Shown: piece after piece, positions 8,602 through 18,415 of the stretch | Layout of the letters: each line of letters starts with the position of its first letter | Numbering within the stretch: the stretch's first letter is position 1 | From: Ignavibacteria bacterium | GTDB lineage: Bacteria; Bacteroidota; Ignavibacteria; SZUA-365 | NCBI GenBank assembly: GCA_002869275.1 | Contig: PKTF01000064.1 | Location: forward strand, 1,017-65,016 | Direction: 5' to 3' | Length of the DNA: 64,000 nucleotides | Position numbers and translations under genes: made by a program | Notes under the pieces: generated by a model | What the model saw: only the letters and a program-made list of their open reading frames with translations | The model's database searches: none | Told to the model about the DNA's origin: nothing

Positions 8602-10842
8602 ATGTCACGCATGCGAATTGAATACGCTCGTCTTGAAACTCTCAACAGGATTCACATCCTGTTCACCGAGGTGCCGCAAGGTCTCCTTCGCACCGATATT
8701 GTTCTCGCCCCGGCTGCTGAGATTCACTCCGTTGAAGTGGAGGGTTACGAAGCAGTTGTGACGACCGATGACCTCGACCTCTCCATCGCGCATACGGTGC
8801 TGGTGCGTCGAGCCGGTATCGCCACCATTGACGTAACTCCATGTCTGCAGGCGCTGCGTTCTGATCTTCCGCTCGGGTGCATCGCGGAAAACGAATACTA
8901 CATTTTCCGACTTTTTGCACCAAGGGCGAGCAGGGTGCGTCTGCACCTGTTCGATGCGCATGATGATGCTATCGGTACGCAATATTACCTGACCCGTGAA
9001 GCCGACGGAATCTGGCAGCTGACATTGGCTCGTCCGCTGCCCGAACGCTATTACGCCTTCAGTATCGACGGACCGCATTATTCCGGTGAGATGTTCAATT
9101 CGCGAATCCGCGTGGGTGATCCCTATGCACGCGCGGTGGTGACGCGCAACGATTACCGTAACGAAGCGCGATGTCTGCTCCCGGATTACATCCCCGCGTA
9201 TGACTGGGAGGATGACCGGCACGTTGCAGTTTCCGCCGAGGATCTGGTGATCTACGAAATGCACGTCAAGGATATGACCGCGCACAGCAGTAGCGGCAGA
9301 GACACGCGTCTGGCCGGCACATATCGAGGATTATGGGATGGAAACACCGGTGGTGGTCTGGACCATATCCGTCAGCTCGGCGTGAACGCGGTAGAGCTGA
9401 TGCCCAGTCAGCACTTCGCATTTATCGAACCACCGTTTCATCAGCACGCCGGAAGCAACCTGTACAACGATTGGAATCCGTACGAAGCGAATCACTGGGG
9501 CTATATGACCTCGTTCTTTTTCGCACCGGAACCGCGCTACGCGACCGGAGCGGAGACGCGGCCTGAGCACTGGAATACCGCCGCTCCTTCGCATGTCACG
9601 GAATTCAAGGACATGGTCAAGGCTTTGCATCGCGCCGGACTCGCGGTGATCATGGATGTGGTGTATAACCATACTTCGGAATACGACTATCAGCCGCTGA
9701 AATACATCGACAAGCAGTATTACTTCAGAACTTCGCCGCAGGGTGAATTCCTGCAGAGCAGCGGATGCGGCAACGACCTCGATTCGCGCATGCCGATGAC
9801 GCGTCGTCTCATCGTGGAAAGCGTGCTGCACTGGCTCGAAGAGTACCACGTCGACGGGTTCCGTTTTGATCTGGCTCCCATCATCGACCGCGAAACGTTC
9901 GAAGAAATCCGGGATCGTGCACGAGAGGTGTATCCCGATGTCATTCTCATCGCAGAGCCATGGGGTGGCGGGGCATACGACCTCACCGGCTTCTCGGAAC
10001 TCGGATACACCTCATGGAACGATATCTTCCGGGATGGTGTAAAGGGCAGCGATCCGAAGCATCATCACGGGTACATCTTCGGAAGCTGGGGCGGAAAATC
10101 GCCTGAGAATTTTGGTACCTGGATGCTCGGCAGCGTGCGCGAGAAGCATGGCCCATTTCTGACACATGCACACGCAGTCAATTACCTCGAATCACACGAC
10201 GGATATACACTCGGTGACACCATACGCATCGCCACGGGCACCGTCCGGCCCGGGCAGCCCATCGGTGATTTTGAACGGCACGTGCGGCTCACTCCGGAAC
10301 AGCTCCGCATCTCAAAACTGGCTGCAGTCATGCTGCTCACAGCGCGCGGTGCCGTCATGCTTCATGCGGGACAGGAATTTGCACGCAGCAAAGTCATTGC
10401 AGATACGGGGAGAGAGAGTACCACACCGGGCTTGATCGACCGGAACAGCTATGAAAAGGATGATGAGACGAACTGGATTGATTATCGGCAGCGCGAATGG
10501 AACCGCCCACTTTTCGAATATTACCGCGGTCTGATAGCACTGCGTTCTGCATATCCCGTGCTGCGAAATGCGCCGCTCAGCGCCTACCACTTTCTGTCGT
10601 CCGGCACGGAGCTTGCCAGTGGATTCGTCATCGGTATGGATGGCGACGGCTGCCGCATTGCGGTGTTGATCAACGCAAACAGGGCCACGGCAGCGGAATA
10701 CATTCTGCCGAAACAATGCAGCTGGCGCATACTTGTCGACGCACAAAGGGCGGGAACCGCGACACTGGGGCTTCTGGAGGGTAAACGCATCACCGTGCCC
10801 GCAGGCACATGCATGGTGATGGTCAATGACCGGGCAGACTAG
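8602..10842 (+). CDS. GH13 glycogen-debranching enzyme/pullulanase-type alpha-1,6-glucosidase
   Basis: GH13 catalytic regions (GFRFDLA, EPWG, YLESHDG) with N-terminal CBM48-like segment; the ORF track starts at TTG 8578 and the first ATG is at 8602. Confidence 0.8.
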   Translation: MSRMRIEYARLETLNRIHILFTEVPQGLLRTDIVLAPAAEIHSVEVEGYEAVVTTDDLDLSIAHTVLVRRAGIATIDVTPCLQALRSDLPLGCIAENEYYIFRLFAPRASRVRLHLFDAHDDAIGTQYYLTREADGIWQLTLARPLPERYYAFSIDGPHYSGEMFNSRIRVGDPYARAVVTRNDYRNEARCLLPDYIPAYDWEDDRHVAVSAEDLVIYEMHVKDMTAHSSSGRDTRLAGTYRGLWDGNTGGGLDHIRQLGVNAVELMPSQHFAFIEPPFHQHAGSNLYNDWNPYEANHWGYMTSFFFAPEPRYATGAETRPEHWNTAAPSHVTEFKDMVKALHRAGLAVIMDVVYNHTSEYDYQPLKYIDKQYYFRTSPQGEFLQSSGCGNDLDSRMPMTRRLIVESVLHWLEEYHVDGFRFDLAPIIDRETFEEIRDRAREVYPDVILIAEPWGGGAYDLTGFSELGYTSWNDIFRDGVKGSDPKHHHGYIFGSWGGKSPENFGTWMLGSVREKHGPFLTHAHAVNYLESHDGYTLGDTIRIATGTVRPGQPIGDFERHVRLTPEQLRISKLAAVMLLTARGAVMLHAGQEFARSKVIADTGRESTTPGLIDRNSYEKDDETNWIDYRQREWNRPLFEYYRGLIALRSAYPVLRNAPLSAYHFLSSGTELASGFVIGMDGDGCRIAVLINANRATAAEYILPKQCSWRILVDAQRAGTATLGLLEGKRITVPAGTCMVMVNDRAD

Positions 10843-13058
10843 GACTCTCGTTTCAGGATCAATACCGCAAGCGGAGGCACGGTCAACACCAGTGACTGTT
10901 CACGATTGTGCGAGGCGACGTCCTCCGTGGAGACGGAGCCCCAATTTCCAACACCGCTTCCGCCATAATATTCTGAGTCGCTGTTGAGTACTTCACGGTA
11001 CGTCCCCGCTTCACTGACACCAAGACGGTAGTGGTGGTGCACAGTGGGAGTGAAGTTGCAGAGGAAAATGAGACGCTCACCGGCATCCTTCGCGATGCGT
11101 TCGAATGAGAGCAGGCTGCGGTCGGCATCCTCGATCTCAATCCACTGGAAACCTTCCCAGGAAAAATCATCCTGGAAGAGTGCTTTTTCCTGCCGGTACA
11201 GCATATTCAGATCACGGACCCAGGTCAGCAGCTGGCGATGCGCGTCGAACTCCAGCAAATTCCAGTCGAGTTCGCTGTCATGATTCCATTCGTTCCACTG
11301 GCCGAATTCCTGTCCCATGATCAGCAGTTTTTTTCCCGGGTGACCGTACTTGTATCCGAAGAACAGGCGCATGTTGGCGAATTTCTGCCAGTAATCGCCC
11401 GGCATCTTCGTGATCAGCGCATTCTTGCCGTGCACCACTTCATCGTGTGAAATCGGCAGCAGAAACTTTTCGCTGAAGGCGTACAGCATGCTGAAAGTGA
11501 GGTTGTTGTGGTGGTGCTTCCTGAAGAGTGGATCCTTCTCGAAGTATTCGAGCGTGTCATTCATCCATCCCATGTTCCACTTGAGGTCGAAACCGAGTCC
11601 GTCGCTGTCGACCGGATGTGTCACGCCGGTGAAGGATGTCGATTCCTCCGCCATGACCATCACACCGGGGTAGTACGAATGGATTGCCCAGTTGAGCTGC
11701 CGAAGGAAGTTGATCGCCTCAAGGTTTTCTCGCCCTCCGAATTCATTGGGCACCCATTCGCCCTCGTTGCGAGAGTAGTCGAGATACAGCATGGAAGCAA
11801 CCGCGTCGATGCGCAGTCCGTCGATGTGAAATCGGTCGATCCAGTACAACGCATTGGCAATCAGGAAATTGCGCACCTCGTTGCGCCCGTAATTGAAAAT
11901 GAGCGTTCCCCAGTCCATATGCTCACCTTTCCGCGGATCTGCATGCTCGAAGAGGTGTGAGCCGTCAAAATAGCCGAGGGCGTGCTGATCTTTCGGGAAG
12001 TGCGCGGGGACCCAGTCGAGGAGAACCCCGATACCTTCTTCGTGAAAACAGTTGATGAGAAACATGAAGTCCTCGGGTGAACCGTACCGGCTCGTCGGCG
12101 CGAAATACCCGGTCACCTGGTAACCCCAGGAGCCGTCGAAAGGGTGTTCCATGATCGGAAGAAACTCGACGTGGGTGTAGCCGTTCTCCTTGACATACGA
12201 AACGAGGGTGTCGGCGAGTTCACGGTAATTCAACGGACGCTCTTCTTCACCGTCCACGTTTTTCCAGGATCCGATATGCACTTCATAAATTGACATCGGA
12301 CCGTCGAGGGGTGCGCTTTCGCGGCGCAGCTTCATCCAGTCACGATCGCTCCAGTCGAATTCGCGGCTCACGTGTACGACAGAGGCTGTCCGTGGACGTT
12401 CCTCCATGGCGAAACTGAAAGGATCCGCCTTCACAGCGATATGTCCGATCTGCGTTTTGATCTCGAATTTGTAAAGCGCTCCATCATCGACGCCGGGAAT
12501 GAAAATTTCCCAGACACCTGAGGAACCGAGCACACGCATGGCGTGGCGGCGCCGGTCCCAACCGTTAAAAGAACCGATGACGCTCACACTTCGTGCATTC
12601 GGTGCCCAGACCGCGAATTCTATACCTCCGACACCGTCTATCTCGCGGTAATGCGCTCCGAGTTTGTCGTAGATGCGGTAGTGGTTCCCCTCGGCGAATA
12701 AATGCAGGTCGAAATCGGTGAGCTGCGGAAGGAAGGCGTATGAATCGTGGAAGGTATGTTCCTCGCCGTCCAGAGTGGTTCGGCGCAGCTTGTAGGGAAA
12801 GGGCGTCTCTTCGTCCTCGAACACAAATTCGAAGAAACCGTCTCCGTGCACGCGCAGCATAGGGAAGTCTTCTACACGACCGTCGTCGTACTCGCGCAGC
12901 ACCCAGGCATGTGTCGCGAGGGGCATGAATGCGCGCACGGCCATGCAGGGTTTTTTACGGTAGGTGACTTTGTGAATGCCCAGAACCGAATACGGATCAT
13001 GGTGCTCGGTGTAGATAATCTTGTAAATATCCTCAACTGCCGCGGTTGATCGCATCAT
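10839..13058 (-). CDS. glgB: 1,4-alpha-glucan branching enzyme
   Basis: GH13 subfamily 9 motifs (GLRIDAVASMLY, MAEEST, CBM48 N-term); the ORF track starts at TTG 13094 and ATG is at 13058; stop codon overlaps the debranching-enzyme stop in a CTAG palindrome. Confidence 0.9.
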   Translation of the reverse strand: MMRSTAAVEDIYKIIYTEHHDPYSVLGIHKVTYRKKPCMAVRAFMPLATHAWVLREYDDGRVEDFPMLRVHGDGFFEFVFEDEETPFPYKLRRTTLDGEEHTFHDSYAFLPQLTDFDLHLFAEGNHYRIYDKLGAHYREIDGVGGIEFAVWAPNARSVSVIGSFNGWDRRRHAMRVLGSSGVWEIFIPGVDDGALYKFEIKTQIGHIAVKADPFSFAMEERPRTASVVHVSREFDWSDRDWMKLRRESAPLDGPMSIYEVHIGSWKNVDGEEERPLNYRELADTLVSYVKENGYTHVEFLPIMEHPFDGSWGYQVTGYFAPTSRYGSPEDFMFLINCFHEEGIGVLLDWVPAHFPKDQHALGYFDGSHLFEHADPRKGEHMDWGTLIFNYGRNEVRNFLIANALYWIDRFHIDGLRIDAVASMLYLDYSRNEGEWVPNEFGGRENLEAINFLRQLNWAIHSYYPGVMVMAEESTSFTGVTHPVDSDGLGFDLKWNMGWMNDTLEYFEKDPLFRKHHHNNLTFSMLYAFSEKFLLPISHDEVVHGKNALITKMPGDYWQKFANMRLFFGYKYGHPGKKLLIMGQEFGQWNEWNHDSELDWNLLEFDAHRQLLTWVRDLNMLYRQEKALFQDDFSWEGFQWIEIEDADRSLLSFERIAKDAGERLIFLCNFTPTVHHHYRLGVSEAGTYREVLNSDSEYYGGSGVGNWGSVSTEDVASHNREQSLVLTVPPLAVLILKRES

Positions 13059-13120
13059 GGTATGCCCCGATACATATCTGTTCGAATGGTACAATCTACG
13101 AAATTGCCGTGGTGCGCGAA

Positions 13121-13164
13121 AACACGGAAAGCGGAACGAAAAGCGGGTCCCGCAGGACCCGCTT
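13121..13164 (-). terminator. putative rho-independent terminator after the OMP gene
   Basis: AAGCGGGTCC-CGCA-GGACCCGCTT hairpin followed (minus strand) by a U-rich tract. Confidence 0.45.
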
Positions 13165-13183
13165 CAACACGATGTGCCGGCTT

Positions 13184-13978
13184 CTAAATGTTGAAGAGAT
13201 ACGATAGATGGAAAAGCACATTGGGAAGCCAGAAATTCGTATGCATATGCGGCAGGTTGTCGCGCGAATCCTTGATGATATTCTGGAAGGTGTAGCCCAC
13301 GCTGATGCCGAGATTCAAATCGCCAATTGCGGTTTTGGACAAGGGGAACTCTCCACCGAGACGCAGTTCGATCAGTGTATTGATGTCATCATCCTCAGGG
13401 GTGATGTCCTTTTTAATCAGGCGCCCGTCGGGATTGAATTCGTTGCGCGGGGGAGTATACCAGTCTGTTGGATCGATACCGCCGTCTGGGATATCGAACC
13501 CAGTGGCGCTATTCTTCATTTCGCTTGATGTCGGAAGGCCGATGTTCACTCCGACGAACACGGAACTGAACTGAAACATGGCGGTGAACACAGTATACTG
13601 GAAGGTGCCTTCGGTAGTGAGCGTACCAGGCAGGTCGATACTGTGATCCTTGATATTGTCGTTAAAGGAGATACGTTCATTTTCATCGCTGAAGGTGAGC
13701 GTATGGTATCCGAGACCGGTCACGAAACGCGTTTTCTGTCCGATCGGGATACTTGCGCGTACTCCAAAATTCGAACCGAGTCCGAGCGAGCGGGTGACAC
13801 GCTGCACGTTGTAATCGGTCGTGTTCATCGCCAGTGTCAGTCCTGCCAGCGCTCCGATTTTAAGATGCTGATCCTCGGTTTCAGTCGCATCTTCCACGAT
13901 GACCGTGGTTTGCTGAGCCTGTGCTGAGAGGAAAGACAGACAGAACAGAACGATCAGCGGAAAAGTGAATTTCCTCAT
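13184..13978 (-). CDS. small outer-membrane beta-barrel protein (OMP_b-brl-like)
   Basis: signal peptide MRKFTFPLIVLFCLSFLSAQA, alternating hydrophobic beta-strand pattern, C-terminal aromatic residue (LSYLFNI); paralogous to 34911-35693 and 35719-36507. Confidence 0.6.
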   Translation of the reverse strand: MRKFTFPLIVLFCLSFLSAQAQQTTVIVEDATETEDQHLKIGALAGLTLAMNTTDYNVQRVTRSLGLGSNFGVRASIPIGQKTRFVTGLGYHTLTFSDENERISFNDNIKDHSIDLPGTLTTEGTFQYTVFTAMFQFSSVFVGVNIGLPTSSEMKNSATGFDIPDGGIDPTDWYTPPRNEFNPDGRLIKKDITPEDDDINTLIELRLGGEFPLSKTAIGDLNLGISVGYTFQNIIKDSRDNLPHMHTNFWLPNVLFHLSYLFNI

Positions 13979-14049
13979 GCAACCTCCTCTATGGTAGGAT
14001 GTGTGTCGTGTATGCGCAAAAGTACAATAATCTCCCAGAAGAACAAAGA

Positions 14050-15501
14050 TCAGGTTTTTCGTGCGAAACTGCGCAGCAGGGCCCCGTTCTGGTCACGATA
14101 GTCGACGCGCAGCGGCATTCGGCCAAGAGCGTGTGTGGCGCAGGAAAAACACGGATCGTAGCTGCGAATACCAGCTTCGATCATGTTCAGGAGGGATTCC
14201 GGCAGCTCCTGCCCGGGACCGTCGAGCAGATGCGTCGCTATCTGCCGTATCCCCCGGTTCATCGCGAGGTTGTTCTGCGCGGTGGCGATCAGCAGATCGG
14301 TCCGATTAACGACACCGTCAGATCCGGCACTGAAATTGTGGAACAGGGTGCCGCGCGGTGCTTCCGTGGCTGCTACGCCTTGAGGACGGTTGGAGAACGC
14401 GCGTGATCGCAGCGTATCACTACGCAGGGTCTCGGGATCGGTGAGCAGCTGCTCGATGCGCTCGAGCGCAAAGAGGATCTCGATCAGGCGTGCATAGTGG
14501 TAGTAAAGGGAATTCTGTGCCGTCCCCTGTGGCGCCGTTCGCTGGCGGTACTCGGTAAGTTCCGCATCAGCTCTGGGCGTACCGGTGCGAGCGCACACAT
14601 TCAGACGTGCCAGTGGTCCCACGCGATACATGCCACGGGTCGGTCCGAGCGGCTGGTAATAAGGGAAACGCATGTAGGACCAGGATTCGTTTTCCTCAGC
14701 AATGAAATCTCGGTAGGTACGAGGGTCGATTCTGTCTGCCACGATGTTTCCCGCAGCATCAGTGATGCGCAGTGTGCCATCATAGTATTCGAGCTCCTCG
14801 TGCTCGTTGATCATGCCGATCGACAGCGAGGGAAAACTCCCCATGATGTCAAAAGAATCATGTGGGGATTCCAGCCAGGCCTTCATGAAATCCAGAGCCA
14901 TTCGAATCGTACTGTGAGCCTCCGGCAGACCGTCGAGAAGGATATCCCGGTTCTGCTCGCTCAGCGCACTTCGCACTCCTCCGGGGATGACAAAGTCCGC
15001 ATGAATCCGTTTACCCGCCAGACGGGAGATGACTTCCTGGCCGTATTTTCGCAAGCGTATTCCGCGTCGCGCAAATTCCTCGTTGTCACGCATGACGGTG
15101 AAGAAATCCCGGCTCTCGGCAGGTTGGTCAAAGCCCAGGAGCAGATCAGGGGAGGAAAGGTGAAAGAAGCTCATCGCATGCGACTGTATCCACTGGCCGA
15201 GTACGAGGATACGCCGAAGCTGTTCCGCAGTGCGGGGAATTGTGACCGCGAGGATCTCATCACCTGCTTTGGCAGAGGTGACTGCATGGCTGACCGGACA
15301 CACACCGCAAATCCTCGAGGTAATGCGCGGCATCTCCCAGATGAGGCGTCCGGTGCAGATGGCCTCGAATCCCCGGAACTCGGCGACATGCAGGCGCGCG
15401 TCCTCGACACGGCCGTGCTCGTTAAACATGATACTGATGCGCGCATGTCCTTCGACGCGGGTCACAGGATCGATCACGATTTCACGGCGGCTCTCAGTCA
15501 T
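14050..15501 (-). CDS. hoxH: bidirectional NAD(P)-linked [NiFe] hydrogenase large subunit
   Basis: N-terminal RICGVCPVSH and C-terminal DPCFSCATH Ni-binding motifs followed by a ~26-aa tail; ATG at 15501 (IDPVTRVEGH start region) overlaps hoxY by 8 nt. Confidence 0.85.
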   Translation of the reverse strand: MTESRREIVIDPVTRVEGHARISIMFNEHGRVEDARLHVAEFRGFEAICTGRLIWEMPRITSRICGVCPVSHAVTSAKAGDEILAVTIPRTAEQLRRILVLGQWIQSHAMSFFHLSSPDLLLGFDQPAESRDFFTVMRDNEEFARRGIRLRKYGQEVISRLAGKRIHADFVIPGGVRSALSEQNRDILLDGLPEAHSTIRMALDFMKAWLESPHDSFDIMGSFPSLSIGMINEHEELEYYDGTLRITDAAGNIVADRIDPRTYRDFIAEENESWSYMRFPYYQPLGPTRGMYRVGPLARLNVCARTGTPRADAELTEYRQRTAPQGTAQNSLYYHYARLIEILFALERIEQLLTDPETLRSDTLRSRAFSNRPQGVAATEAPRGTLFHNFSAGSDGVVNRTDLLIATAQNNLAMNRGIRQIATHLLDGPGQELPESLLNMIEAGIRSYDPCFSCATHALGRMPLRVDYRDQNGALLRSFARKT

Positions 15502-16015
15502 TTGCTCGGTGCTCCAGTTCGAATGTGGGATTGCGCCCGTCCAGCAGGTCATCAAGAACGCGCCAGATGAGGTCCGCATCTGGCGGACACCCTGGAAGAT
15601 GATATTCAACAGGGACGACCGTGTGAAGCGGGACAACGCGTTCAAGCACTTGCGGCAGATGATCAGAGCGCTGCTGTGCCACGGGGGTGGTGGAGAAGCG
15701 CTCCAACAGTGACGTCTTATGGTTTGAACAGTTTCGCATCGCGGTCACGTTGCCGTTCACTGCGCAATCACCGAAGGCGATGAGGATACGACTTCGTTCA
15801 CGTATCCGTTGCAGCTGTACGAGGTGCTCATCCATGGAAACCGCACCTTCGACTAATGCGATATCCATGTGCTCCGGCAGTGCCCGCGTGTCCATAAATG
15901 GGCTTGCAACGACGCGTGCGCGTTGGTTCAGGGCGACCAGCTGCTCGTCAAGATCGAGGAAAGACATGTGGCAACCGCTGCAGCCTCCCAGCCAGAACGT
16001 ACCAAGGGTTTTCAT
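15494..16015 (-). CDS. hoxY: [NiFe] hydrogenase small subunit (group 3d)
   Basis: WLGGCSGCHMSFLDLDE proximal-cluster motif, GDCA, GCPP; ATG at 16015 forms an ATGA overlap with the hoxU stop. Confidence 0.8.
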   Translation of the reverse strand: MKTLGTFWLGGCSGCHMSFLDLDEQLVALNQRARVVASPFMDTRALPEHMDIALVEGAVSMDEHLVQLQRIRERSRILIAFGDCAVNGNVTAMRNCSNHKTSLLERFSTTPVAQQRSDHLPQVLERVVPLHTVVPVEYHLPGCPPDADLIWRVLDDLLDGRNPTFELEHRAND

Positions 16016-16731
16016 CTCTTCCATGGCATTTTCCGCTGTGCGTTGACGATGTACTTCAGATATTCCTCTTTTCCATGGTGTTCCGATGGCAGACTGCCTT
16101 TTTCGAACAGGGCGCCGGTCGGGCAGACAAGAAGGCATTTACCACAGGAGGTGCAGGAACGAGCATCACTCCAGGTATCCGCCATGTCGGTGACGAGGCT
16201 TGTATCACAAGCTCGACCGGCAGTATCCAGTGTGTGAGCGCCCTCGACGTCGTCACAGATACGGATGCATCTCGTGCAGAGAATGCAGCGGTTGTGGTCG
16301 AGGACGAATCGCTCGTGTGTCGCGTCCAGCGTGAGTGCCGGATGCAGGTAGTCAAATCGAACGTGATCCATACCCGCCCGGCGCGCCAGTGTCTGCAGTT
16401 CGCAATGTCCGTCTGCGCCGCACACCGAGCAGACATGGTTTCGCTCACTGAACAGCAGTTCAAGGATCATGCGGCGATATTTGAGCAGGCGTGGTGAATG
16501 CGTCTTGACCGACATGCCTTCCTCGACGCGTGTGACACACGCGGGCAGAAGTTTGTTCTGTCCTTCGGCTTCAACCAGGCAGAGGCGGCAGGCGCCGACA
16601 TCCTCGAGTCCGTCAAGATGACACAAGGTTGGGATATCGATCCCGTGTTCTCGTGCTGCATCGAGAACAGTTGTCCCCTCAGCGGCGCTGACCATGACAT
16701 TATCAATCGAGAGAGTTTTGATCTCATGCAT
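16012..16731 (-). CDS. hoxU: hydrogenase diaphorase subunit, 2Fe-2S plus 4Fe-4S (NuoG N-terminal-like)
   Basis: 2Fe-2S ferredoxin fold (LCHLDGLEDVGACRLCLVE) plus CxxCxxC and CILCTRCIRIC clusters; ATG at 16731 overlaps hoxF by 8 nt. Confidence 0.8.
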   Translation of the reverse strand: MHEIKTLSIDNVMVSAAEGTTVLDAAREHGIDIPTLCHLDGLEDVGACRLCLVEAEGQNKLLPACVTRVEEGMSVKTHSPRLLKYRRMILELLFSERNHVCSVCGADGHCELQTLARRAGMDHVRFDYLHPALTLDATHERFVLDHNRCILCTRCIRICDDVEGAHTLDTAGRACDTSLVTDMADTWSDARSCTSCGKCLLVCPTGALFEKGSLPSEHHGKEEYLKYIVNAQRKMPWKR

Positions 16732-18415
16732 GGCTGATATCCTCACTCGAGGTCGGAGGAGCGATGGACGCCGGGTCGGCATCCTCGAACGAGCATACAC
16801 CGGCAGGACAACTGTGCTCGAATACATGCTGCTCGACCTCTTTTCGGAAGTAGTGCAGAATCGAGATCACCGGGTTTGGTGACGACTGCCCAAGTCCGCA
16901 AAGGCTGGTATCCTTGATCATGACACAGAGTTCCTCCAGCGTCTCGATGTCGCTCTCACGTGCCGACCCGCGACGAATTTTATCGAGGAGACGATGCATC
17001 TGCACGGTGCCCACTCTGCACGGAATGCATTTTCCGCAGGATTCGCTGCGACAGAAATCCATGAAATAGCACGCCATGTCGACCATGCAGGTAGTGTCGT
17101 CCATGACGACGAGTCCGCCCGACCCCATCATCGAACCGACGGACGAGAGGGAATCAAAGTCATACGAAACGTCAAGATGTTTCGCTGGAATGCAGCCGCC
17201 GGACGGACCTCCGGACTGCACAGCCTTGCAGATGCCGTCGTTTACGATGCCACCACCGATATCCTCGACGATCGTGCGCAGGGTCGTGCCCATGGGTACC
17301 TCGACAAGGCCAGTATTATTGACACGGCCTGTGAGAGCGATCACCTTGGTACCGGTACTGCCTTTCGTCCCCACTCCGGAAAACCAGCGGGCGCCCCGCA
17401 GGACAATGGGAGCGACGTTGACGATCGTCTCCACATTGTTGACAACGGTGGGTTTTCCCCAGAGTCCGCTCTGAGATGGGAAAGGCGGACGGGGGCGCGG
17501 CTGACCGCGCAGTCCTTCGATCGACCTGAGCAGCGCGGTTTCTTCCCCGCAAACGAAAGCGCCGGCACCGACGCGCAGGTCGACGTGAAAATTGAAGCCG
17601 GATTCGAATATGCGATTGCCGAGCAGACGCATCCGTTCCGCCTCCTCGATTGCATGGCGCATACATTCGATCGCGCGTGTATACTCACCACGGACGTAGA
17701 TGTATCCCTGCTGAGCACCAACCGCGTAGCCGGCGATTGCCATACCCTCGAGAATGGAGTGGGGATTGCCCTGCAGCATGGCGCGGTCCATGAATGATCC
17801 CGGATCACCTTCGTCGGCATTGCAGACGATGTACTTGTTTCCCGCAGGACCCCGACGAACAATGTCCCATTTAAGGCCCGTCGGATATCCACCCCCCCCA
17901 CGGCCTCTCAGGCCGCTGTTGCGGATCTCAAGAATGACGCTTTCGGGATTATGATAGGTCACGGATTTCGCCAGCGCTTCGTATCCGCTATGCGCGATGT
18001 AGTCCTCGATCGACCAGGGATCGATGTGACCCATGTGCTCGAGGACAACCGGACTTTGTTTGCCATAGAATGCAAAATCGCCGGGCAGCAATCGCTCTTT
18101 GTACCGCTTCAGCTTTCGAGAATAGTCTTCGACGATCCCCGCGACATCATCGGGAGTGACCCTGGTGTACATCACGTCATTCAATGTGACACGTACCAGC
18201 GGACCAGCACCGCAGAGTCCCATGCACCCGGTTGCTACGACGCGCACCTTGTTTTCGAGACCATGCTGACGGCAGGCCGAGTCGAAATTCTTCAGCAGGT
18301 CGTCGGCCCCGGCCGCCAGACAGCCACCTCCGCCACAGACCTGGATTTCTGCGCGAAACGTGCCGAGTTTATTACGGAATTCCTCGCCGATGCCGTATAG
18401 TTCTTCAATAGTCAC
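16724..18415 (-). CDS. hoxF: hydrogenase diaphorase NAD(P)H/FMN-binding subunit (NuoF-like with N-terminal thioredoxin-like 2Fe-2S domain)
   Basis: NuoF-type glycine-rich regions (GRGGGGYPTG, GDPGSF), C-terminal 4Fe-4S cysteines; GTG start at 18415 makes a GTGA overlap with the hoxE stop. Confidence 0.85.
   Translation of the reverse strand: MTIEELYGIGEEFRNKLGTFRAEIQVCGGGGCLAAGADDLLKNFDSACRQHGLENKVRVVATGCMGLCGAGPLVRVTLNDVMYTRVTPDDVAGIVEDYSRKLKRYKERLLPGDFAFYGKQSPVVLEHMGHIDPWSIEDYIAHSGYEALAKSVTYHNPESVILEIRNSGLRGRGGGGYPTGLKWDIVRRGPAGNKYIVCNADEGDPGSFMDRAMLQGNPHSILEGMAIAGYAVGAQQGYIYVRGEYTRAIECMRHAIEEAERMRLLGNRIFESGFNFHVDLRVGAGAFVCGEETALLRSIEGLRGQPRPRPPFPSQSGLWGKPTVVNNVETIVNVAPIVLRGARWFSGVGTKGSTGTKVIALTGRVNNTGLVEVPMGTTLRTIVEDIGGGIVNDGICKAVQSGGPSGGCIPAKHLDVSYDFDSLSSVGSMMGSGGLVVMDDTTCMVDMACYFMDFCRSESCGKCIPCRVGTVQMHRLLDKIRRGSARESDIETLEELCVMIKDTSLCGLGQSSPNPVISILHYFRKEVEQHVFEHSCPAGVCSFEDADPASIAPPTSSEDISHA

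Noticed and set aside
14497-15570. 357-aa plus-strand ORF, and others such as 16994-17797 and 15898-16497, inside the hox genes
   Set aside because: GC-rich antisense ORFs opposite strongly conserved hydrogenase subunits, with Arg/Ala/Gly-rich composition typical of antisense artefacts.
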